IMG/VR virus record: IMGVR_UViG_3300005512_000034
Location: 1-59,148 of that record
Direction: 5' to 3' (one strand)
Origin: a virus
Lineage: Duplodnaviria; Caudoviricetes
DNA length: 59,148 bases
The translations under genes were made by a program, and so were the position numbers. The notes under the pieces were generated by a model. The model was not told the DNA's origin and ran no database searches. It worked only from the letters and a program-made list of their open reading frames with translations. The stretch's first letter is position 1; each line of letters opens with the position of its first letter. Below are positions 53,265 to 59,148 of the stretch, one piece after another.

Positions 53265-53848
53265 CCGTCGTCGCCCGACTCGATCAGCCGGATCACCTCG
53301 TCGGCCTCCCACTCGCTCAGGTCGATCACGACACGCGCGTCCGCGGTCTCCCCAGAGGGGTCGGGCGTCGTCGCGGGGTCGACGTGGACCTGCACGGGCT
53401 GCCGGCCCCAATCCTCCTTGAAGCGGCGCTCCAGCAGGAAGGCAGCTGCGCGCCAGTCGCCCCCGACCCGGACCTTGCGCAGCACCGGGTCGCCGTTCTC
53501 GTCGTAGCGCTCGACCACGTCGTAGGTCCCGCCCTGGGACGCCTTGTCGATGGTGATCACCCGGGCGGCCTCGCCCATGTGCCGGGCCCGGACCAGGCGG
53601 CGGAAGACCGCGAGGTAAAACACGTCGAACTCGTCCAGCGGCTCGCCGCGGTCCCGCTTGGCCTGCGCCAACTCGCCCGCCTTGAGCGCGCGGTAGAGGC
53701 TGGACCGGCTGATCCCCGAGAGGGCGGCCACGCCCGCGTAGGACGTGCAGAGCCGCATGTACTTCTCGGCCGACTCCAGCGCGCCGGGGATCGCAATGTC
53801 GGGGATCCGCCCGCGATCACCGGGCCATGCTGGGAGGGTCTCGGACAC
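53261..53848 (-). CDS. Terminase small subunit
   Basis: HTH AALSGISRSSLY, DWRAAAFLLERRF...WG; leaderless TACGAT-N6-GTG. Confidence 0.78.
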   Translation of the reverse strand: MSETLPAWPGDRGRIPDIAIPGALESAEKYMRLCTSYAGVAALSGISRSSLYRALKAGELAQAKRDRGEPLDEFDVFYLAVFRRLVRARHMGEAARVITIDKASQGGTYDVVERYDENGDPVLRKVRVGGDWRAAAFLLERRFKEDWGRQPVQVHVDPATTPDPSGETADARVVIDLSEWEADEVIRLIESGDDG

Positions 53849-54036
53849 GAGCCGATCGTAGCCCGCCCTGATCGGCGGCGTCTACGTCTTGCGCGGGATC
53901 AGCACCCAATCGAGTTCCGTGCCCGACAGGGTGAGGCCGGTCCGAGACGCGGTCGAGCCGATGCCGAAGGACCCGTGCAGGGCGCCTCCGGCGTCCAGAC
54001 GCCCGGGGGCGTGCAGGAATCGGATGGCCACCGGCA

Positions 54037-54693
54037 TCAGGCCGGCTCCAGGTCCGTGATCAGGTAGCTGCCGCTGTACTCGATGCTCCCCGCACCGCCG
54101 CCCGTGCTGCCGCCATGTCGGACCCACACGGCCAGGTAGATTGACGCTCCCGGGTCGGTGTCCACAGACCCGGTAGCCGTCGCGACCTCCACCGGAGACG
54201 CCCCGCTCATGTCCAGGTAGGTCGCCGCCCAGCGGCAGACCTTGCCGTTGCCATCCACCGACACCGTGAACCTCACAGCGTCTGCGTCCGCCGTTGTGGT
54301 CGCGCCCAGGGTGGTGCCCGTCAGCGTCAGCCGCTCCTGGCTCGAGGCGGTCTCCGAGATGCCCGCCGCGCCGTTCGCGCTTCCCCCCGCACTCAGCCCG
54401 ACCATCAACCCACACCGGTCGACGGCGCCGGCGTTGGTCCGCTCCAGCCACACGTCCAGGTGCTTGCCAGGCGCGACCTCGGGCGCGGTCGCATCGCCGC
54501 CGAGCCGGGTGAGCTTGGCGTAGGTGTCCGCGGCGAGGTCGGCGACCGCGATGCTGTCGGAGTCGACCGCGGTCACCAGGCTGGCCACGCTGCCGTCGGT
54601 GACGGTCCAGCTGGTCAGGTCCAGGGTGGTGCGGGTGAGTCCACCACCAGAGGCGGCCACAGGCTGGGCCCTGGACTTGGTCGGCATCGGCAT
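54037..54693 (-). CDS. Putative virion-associated beta-rich protein
   Basis: Thr/Gly/Ala-rich; TGATG coupling. Confidence 0.55.
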   Translation of the reverse strand: MPMPTKSRAQPVAASGGGLTRTTLDLTSWTVTDGSVASLVTAVDSDSIAVADLAADTYAKLTRLGGDATAPEVAPGKHLDVWLERTNAGAVDRCGLMVGLSAGGSANGAAGISETASSQERLTLTGTTLGATTTADADAVRFTVSVDGNGKVCRWAATYLDMSGASPVEVATATGSVDTDPGASIYLAVWVRHGGSTGGGAGSIEYSGSYLITDLEPA

Positions 54694-55082
54694 CAGCGCG
54701 CCTGCGATGCGTCGATCAGTTCGACCCGCACGTCCACGGTCCCCGCCTGCGCGGCGATCAAGAACTGCCAGGGCTGCGAGGTCGGCTTCTGCGCGCCGCC
54801 GTGGAACGTCGGGTAGTCGACCGTGCTCCAGCCGGCTTCGAGCCAAAGTTTGTGGGTGATCCCGCTGGCTGCATCACCGTCGGCGACGCCCTCCTCGGAG
54901 TCGGGCACGGCGGCCGTCTTCGGGGTGCCGCCCTGCGGGTACGCGAGCCAGGCCGCGGCGTTGACGTAGACCCGGGCCGTCGCCCACTCGGGGATCGTGA
55001 AGCCCTGGAAGTCGGTGTCTACAGCGGCCTGAACGAAGGGCCACGGGGCCTTGACTGCGGTGGTCAGGTCGATCTGTGCCAT
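54693..55082 (-). CDS. Putative structural protein
   Basis: MAQIDLT..., GGAG RBS. Confidence 0.6.
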   Translation of the reverse strand: MAQIDLTTAVKAPWPFVQAAVDTDFQGFTIPEWATARVYVNAAAWLAYPQGGTPKTAAVPDSEEGVADGDAASGITHKLWLEAGWSTVDYPTFHGGAQKPTSQPWQFLIAAQAGTVDVRVELIDASQAR

Positions 55083-55123
55083 GGGGTGCGCTCCGTCGTC
55101 GGTGCTCGCACCCTACCCCCGGG

Positions 55124-55471
55124 TCACCGGTAATGCACATCCACCGACGCGGCCCACGCGCTACCGTGGGGCTTCTGCGTGGGCTGGAAGTGCAGGTAGT
55201 CGCCGGGCAGCAGTTGCGCGTAGTCGGCGTCGAGCAGGGTGAAGCCGACCGTGTAGCCGTCGCTCTGCCCGCCTGCGATCGACACCGTCGCGATCCGGGT
55301 CATCGTGCCGTATGCGCTGCTCGCGCCGAAGGTCTGCCCTCGGTTGCGGAACACCTCGGCCTCCATCGTCCCGGTCGCGTGCGCCTCGTCCAGGTGCAGG
55401 TGGATGCTACTGATCTGCTTGGCGCTCTCGATGTAGACGCGCCCGAAGCTGGCGCCGGCCGCTGGGTCCAC
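55124..55471 (-). CDS. Hypothetical protein, possibly 5'-truncated
   Basis: Good codon usage but no RBS; begins at an apparent junction. Confidence 0.45.
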   Translation of the reverse strand: MDPAAGASFGRVYIESAKQISSIHLHLDEAHATGTMEAEVFRNRGQTFGASSAYGTMTRIATVSIAGGQSDGYTVGFTLLDADYAQLLPGDYLHFQPTQKPHGSAWAASVDVHYR

Positions 55472-55568
55472 CGCAGGTCTGCCTTGACGGCGTCAGCCGA
55501 CCACGGCTTGGCCAGCCCGTCGGCGATGTCGGGCCACCACCGGGGGTCAACGGCGAAGAACGGATCGC

Positions 55569-56135
55569 TCACCGGAGCATCCATGCACCGGGGGGAGCCT
55601 CGGCCGAGGTGAGCCCGAGGGCCCCGCGCAGGTCGGCCCCGTACAGGTTGGCCCCGGACAGGTCGGCCCCGCGCAGGTTGGCCCCGTACAGGTCGGCCCC
55701 GTACAGGTTGGCCCCGGACAGGTTGGCCCCGGACAGGTCGGCCCCGTACAGGTCGGCCCCGCGCAGGTTGGCCCCGGACAGGTCGGCCCCGTACAGGTCG
55801 GCCCCGTACAGGTTGGCCCCGGACAGGTCGGCCCCGGACAGGTCGGCCCCGCGCAGGTTGGCCCCGGACAGGTCGGCCTCGGACAGGTTGACCCAGCGCA
55901 GGTCGGCCCAGCGCAGGTTGGCCCGGGACCAGTTCTGTTTCGCCATGCTCCAGGCCGGGATGACCCCCAAACCACAAGCCCAGCCCAGCCAACGCGCCCC
56001 GCCAGCGGCGATCAGCCAGCGTTGGTGGTCTGCGGTCCAATCGCCGTCGAAGCCGTCAGGGAATGCGGCGTTGAACCATTCGAGGCCCTCTGCGCAGGCG
56101 TCGAGGGCTGTGAGGGTGTCTTCGGTGATCTTCAC
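55569..56135 (-). CDS. Pentapeptide repeat protein, copy A
   Basis: A(D/N)Lxx repeats in 15-bp units after an ACxEGLEWF N-terminal domain. Confidence 0.92.
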   Translation of the reverse strand: MKITEDTLTALDACAEGLEWFNAAFPDGFDGDWTADHQRWLIAAGGARWLGWACGLGVIPAWSMAKQNWSRANLRWADLRWVNLSEADLSGANLRGADLSGADLSGANLYGADLYGADLSGANLRGADLYGADLSGANLSGANLYGADLYGANLRGADLSGANLYGADLRGALGLTSAEAPPGAWMLR

Positions 56136-56602
56136 GGTGCCTCCGTCGGGGGGAGCCCGAGGGCCCCAGACAGGTCGGCCCCGGACAGGTCGGCCCCGGA
56201 CAGGTCGGCCCAGCGCAGGTCGGCCCCGCGCAGGTCGGCCCCGTACAGGTCGGCCCCGCGCAGGTTGGCCCCGTACAGGTCGGCCCAGCGCAGGTTGGCC
56301 CAGCGCAGGTCGGCCCCGCGCAGGTCGGCCCCGTACAGGTCGGCCCCGGACAGGTTGGCCCCGCGCAGGTTGGCCCGGCGCAGGTCAGCCCGGGACCAGT
56401 TCTGTTTCGCCATGCTCCAGGCCGGGAGTACCCCCAAACCACAGGCCCAGCCCAGCCAACGCGCCCCGCCAGCGGCGATCAGCCAGCGTTGGTGGTCTGC
56501 GGTCCAATCGCCGTCGAAGCCGTCAGGAAACGCGGCGTTGAACCATTCGAGGCCCTCTGCGCAGGCGTCGAGGGCTGTGAGGGTGTCTTCGGTGATCTTC
56601 AC
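56132..56602 (-). CDS. Pentapeptide repeat protein, copy B
   Basis: Near-identical N-terminus and RBS (GACGGAGGCACCGTG); shorter, reordered repeat array. Confidence 0.92.
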   Translation of the reverse strand: MKITEDTLTALDACAEGLEWFNAAFPDGFDGDWTADHQRWLIAAGGARWLGWACGLGVLPAWSMAKQNWSRADLRRANLRGANLSGADLYGADLRGADLRWANLRWADLYGANLRGADLYGADLRGADLRWADLSGADLSGADLSGALGLPPTEAP

Positions 56603-56630
56603 GGTGCCTCCGTCGAGAATCTGGCCCATT

Positions 56631-56993
56631 TCAGGCTCCCTTGTCGGTGATCACGATGTTGCGGGCGACCCCGTTGTCCTTCACGAAGCGGACCGAGAGG
56701 CCCGCCTTGCGCAGCGCGAGGCCCACGCGGGCGATGGACGCCGGGCCGGGCCCCTTGGAGCCGCTCCAGTCGCGCAGGCCGACCCACAAGCGCAGAGCGC
56801 CCGTGCTCTTGCTGCTGGTCCAGTGGTCCGCGTACAGCGCCAACTCGGGGAAGGTGGCGGCGAGTGCTTCGCCGAGCACGTCGGCGTGAGAGACGCGCCA
56901 GGTGCCCACGCTGTCGCACCAGTCCGGGCGGGTCTCCGGCGTGCTGCTGGTGAAGATGCCGGCGAAGTTGAGGGCGGTGGCTGCGTTGGTCAT
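56631..56993 (-). CDS. Hypothetical protein
   Basis: First gene after motif promoter. Confidence 0.7.
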   Translation of the reverse strand: MTNAATALNFAGIFTSSTPETRPDWCDSVGTWRVSHADVLGEALAATFPELALYADHWTSSKSTGALRLWVGLRDWSGSKGPGPASIARVGLALRKAGLSVRFVKDNGVARNIVITDKGA

Positions 56994-57000
56994 GTCGTCT

Positions 57001-57059
57001 CCGGTGTCTCGCTACACCCATAAGGTAGCGCAGCACGACCGAGGACGCAAGAGACGATC
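57001..57059 (-). promoter_or_regulatory. Cassette promoter with operator (GTAGCGAGACACC class)
   Basis: GATC-N5-TTGCGT-17-TACCTT; palindrome 57011-57029. Confidence 0.85.
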
Positions 57060-57534
57060 ACCCAGGCGATCGCACCCGGTTGCCGTAGAGCACCACGTCC
57101 CACCCCGCCGCGATCAGCGCTGGCGCGAGGTGCTCCAGGTGGCACGCGTGGGTCCGCTTGGGCGACCCGGGCCGGGCGCAGGCGCAGCACAGCGTGTCGC
57201 CGCCCTCGACGCGCCTGGGGCGGCGTGCGCCCTCGCGCTTGGCCTCGGAGAACAGCAGCACCCCGGGCTTGAGCGCCGCGGTGCGGAGCCCCTTGCGGTA
57301 CTCGGCGAAGTAGCCCGCGTGCGACATGGTGCCGCGCCGGACCATGGAGAGCAGGTGCGCAGCTGGCGCGACCGCGAGGCACTGCCCGTCGCCGTGCTCC
57401 CATCGGCGGGGGTGGCGCATCGCGCACAGTCGCCGGCCCGAGCCCGCGTGCCCCTGCGTCCGGAGGCTGGACCAGTTGGTCAGGTACAGCACCGGGCGCG
57501 GCGGGGCGACGGGCTCGAACAGGTCGAGGCTCAC
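57058..57534 (-). CDS. DUF488-like protein
   Basis: MRHPR..., LAVAP...LL, YFAEY, TLCC...CH. Confidence 0.55.
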   Translation of the reverse strand: MSLDLFEPVAPPRPVLYLTNWSSLRTQGHAGSGRRLCAMRHPRRWEHGDGQCLAVAPAAHLLSMVRRGTMSHAGYFAEYRKGLRTAALKPGVLLFSEAKREGARRPRRVEGGDTLCCACARPGSPKRTHACHLEHLAPALIAAGWDVVLYGNRVRSPG

Positions 57535-57845
57535 GGCGAGTCCCGCTGGGCGTAGTGGCTCAGGTTCGACGTGGATGGGCAGTGCTCAGGGAGCCCGGTG
57601 GCGTAGGCGATCCCGCCCATGCGCTCGATGTTGTCCGAGCCCACCATGTAGTCGGACAGGCTGATGATGTCCGTGTGGCTGTTGGTCCGTGCCTGCTCAG
57701 TCAGCCACGCGAAGACGTGCCCGTGAGAGGCCACGTAGAAGTCCGCAGGCTTGAGGATGGCGGCCACCTCCGAGACCTGGACCGGGTCCATCAGCAGCCC
57801 ACCCAGCAGCGCGCGCTCTGCCCCTACAGCCTTGGGCGCGCTCAT
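57531..57845 (-). CDS. Stand-alone DnaB N-terminal domain
   Basis: AERALLGGLL...DIISLS...GGIAYATGLPEHCPST.NL; paralogous to the 7878-9212 N-terminus. Confidence 0.88.
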   Translation of the reverse strand: MSAPKAVGAERALLGGLLMDPVQVSEVAAILKPADFYVASHGHVFAWLTEQARTNSHTDIISLSDYMVGSDNIERMGGIAYATGLPEHCPSTSNLSHYAQRDSP

Positions 57846-58138
57846 GGCTCACCGCCGTCCACGAAAGGTCGAGGCGGCAGAACCCACTCCTCAGCCTTCT
57901 TCTTGGCGAGCATACCAAGCGGAGACATCTCCACGAGTTCAAGCACCTCGTCGGGTCGAGCCTTCATGGTGTTGTGGCTTTCCAGCCCGAACCACAAGTG
58001 CTCGCCGTCCTCGGACCACCTCATGTAGACGATCTGGTTGGCGAACGGTTCTCCACCCGCGACAGAAGACCAGACCCCGTAGCAGTACGGCACCACATCG
58101 CGGGCGGGAATCTTGACAGACTCAGGTTCAGCCATCAT
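57842..58138 (-). CDS. Hypothetical protein
   Basis: ATGA coupling on both sides. Confidence 0.6.
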   Translation of the reverse strand: MMAEPESVKIPARDVVPYCYGVWSSVAGGEPFANQIVYMRWSEDGEHLWFGLESHNTMKARPDEVLELVEMSPLGMLAKKKAEEWVLPPRPFVDGGEP

Positions 58139-58698
58139 GGTCCCTTCTTGTCATGAGCAGGGCATCCCTGCTTGTGCAGTCCCGGTCGCGGTGCCTCGAC
58201 ACCGCAATAGGGGCAGTAAGACCACTTGTCGGGTCCGACCCAACCTTCCTCCACGAGCCGGGACCGGACGCCACCACGAGCCTTCTGTGCCTGTTCCATT
58301 CGAGGGGCGTACAGACCAGCCTCGGCGAGCGCCTTGGCCAGCCGCAAGCGGTCGGCGTCGGTGACGCGCAGGCCGGAGACGACCCCGAAGTCCTGCCAGA
58401 GGTCCCGAGCGGTCGCCCAGGCGCGCGGCGTGTTTTTGCGGGCCTCGTCCTCGTCGGCGGTCGCCGCCAGCAGGCAGCGCAGCGCGAAGGCGAACCCGTT
58501 GGGCTGGTCCAGGTCGACGCGCTCGCGCTCGGAGCCAGGCTTCGGCCGCAGTTGGCCGGTCCATTGGATGGCTCCAGCGTCGTCGGCCAGGCCGCTCGCG
58601 ATGCCTTGCCGCGTAGGCGGCCCGACCCGGGCAAAGAACGGGGTCCCCAGGTCCGGCTTGACCGGGATGTGGGGGATGACTTCGATCCACTCGCGCAT
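58135..58698 (-). CDS. Hypothetical protein with C-terminal CPYC...H..GC
   Basis: Motif promoter and GAGG RBS. Confidence 0.65.
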   Translation of the reverse strand: MREWIEVIPHIPVKPDLGTPFFARVGPPTRQGIASGLADDAGAIQWTGQLRPKPGSERERVDLDQPNGFAFALRCLLAATADEDEARKNTPRAWATARDLWQDFGVVSGLRVTDADRLRLAKALAEAGLYAPRMEQAQKARGGVRSRLVEEGWVGPDKWSYCPYCGVEAPRPGLHKQGCPAHDKKGP

Positions 58699-58702
58699 GC
58701 TG

Positions 58703-58759
58703 TCCTCTCGCTACGCCTGCACAGTAGCGCAACGGCGCGAGGGCTGCAAGCGGGCGATC
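58703..58759 (-). promoter_or_regulatory. Cassette promoter with operator
   Basis: GATC-N6-TTGCAG-17-TACTGT; palindrome 58710-58728. Confidence 0.85.
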
Positions 58760-59045
58760 ACCCGGGCGCGTGCTGCGACTCGTCGACCGGGTGCCTCGGC
58801 GCACGCGAGGGGCGGCCCCGCTTGTGCTGGCGCTTCGCCTTGAGCTTCGCGGCCCGGCGCACGGCGCGGAAGTCGACCGGGTGCAGGTGCAGGTCGACCC
58901 GCCCGTCCGGGTGCGTGATCTCGACGTAGGAGCCCTGCCGGGCCCCGCCCTCGGCGCGGAGCACCTGGAGGCGCTTGCTCCCGACCTCCAGCCGGCCCAT
59001 CACCGTCTCGACCAGGTCCGTGACTACGTGTGTCTGCGTCAGCAT
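58758..59045 (-). CDS. Basic hypothetical protein (MLTQTHVV...)
   Basis: GGAGG RBS inside the terminal repeat. Confidence 0.55.
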   Translation of the reverse strand: MLTQTHVVTDLVETVMGRLEVGSKRLQVLRAEGGARQGSYVEITHPDGRVDLHLHPVDFRAVRRAAKLKAKRQHKRGRPSRAPRHPVDESQHAPG

Positions 59046-59148
59046 GCCGGCGCTACCTCCGGTCCCCTGTGGACGCCCGCCTCGACAGGAGCGAGGCAGG
59101 CGTCGGCCGCGAGGGGGCGCGACCGAGACCACCCCACCCCGCCCCATC
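59038..59148 (+). repeat. Terminal direct repeat / circular overlap, right copy
   Basis: Matches 1-111. Confidence 0.95.

Larger units (their letters stand above)
1..59148. mobile_element. Apparently complete tailed bacteriophage genome, contractile-tail type (unit length about 59,037 bp)
   Basis: Full head-neck-sheath-tube-baseplate gene order, terminase, replication module, terminal overlap, no host housekeeping genes. Confidence 0.95.

Noticed and set aside
1057-53507. Many long ORFs antisense to recognisable genes (e.g. 1057-2544, 7848-9578, 14056-16227, 35602-37323, 48076-50163, 51078-53507)
   Set aside because: Shadow frames expected in high-GC DNA; no motifs or RBS, and they overlap well-supported genes
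55620-56395. 15-bp repeats as a CRISPR array or DGR template/variable pair
   Set aside because: No unique spacers; in-frame pentapeptide coding; differences not restricted to adenines; no cas or reverse transcriptase gene seen
108-58759. GCTAC-N9-GTAGC as integron attC-like recombination sites
   Set aside because: No recombinase recognised, no attC R/L box structure, and sites are tied to -10/RBS geometry; an operator role is more parsimonious, though a recombination role is not excluded
59129-59148. Mismatches at the end of the terminal repeat as biological variation
   Set aside because: Four substitutions to C in the last 20 nt of the contig look like a low-quality read end
1-59148. Host assignment
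   Set aside because: High GC and leaderless starts fit several phyla; sequence alone is not decisive

Overview
The window is an apparently complete, circularly permuted, GC-rich tailed-phage genome of about 59.0 kb; bases 1-91 are repeated exactly at 59038-59128. The minus strand carries a contractile-tail (myovirus-type) morphogenesis block from about 53.8 to 25.6 kb: TerS/TerL, portal, minor head, DUF2213 protease/scaffold, decoration protein, major capsid, neck, sheath, tube, chaperone with probable -1 frameshift, tape measure, baseplate and receptor-binding protein. Replication and recombination genes include a lambda-O-like initiator with internal 11-bp iterons, a loader, DnaB, a RuvC-like resolvase, an SbcC-like ATPase, UvrD and an exonuclease. 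There are three DNA methyltransferases. I recognised no integrase, endolysin, tRNA, CRISPR array or reverse transcriptase. The main discovery is a genome-wide cis-regulatory grammar. About 20 promoters share GATC-N6-TTGCNN-N16/17-TACNNT, with a palindrome GCTAC-N9-GTAGC over the -10/+1 region running into the RBS. They drive small accessory gene cassettes, many inserted antisense between structural genes and back-to-back with a second class of leaderless promoters (TANNNT-N5/6-start codon) that restart the structural genes. One such promoter drives an apparently non-coding hairpin with a C10 loop, and one cassette is tandemly duplicated. Other oddities: a C5 methyltransferase with an overlapping second-frame subunit, a stand-alone DnaB N-terminal domain, an RNAP alpha-CTD-like protein, tandem pentapeptide-repeat paralogues and several internally deleted gene scars. 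All family assignments are by-eye motif recognition, not database results.
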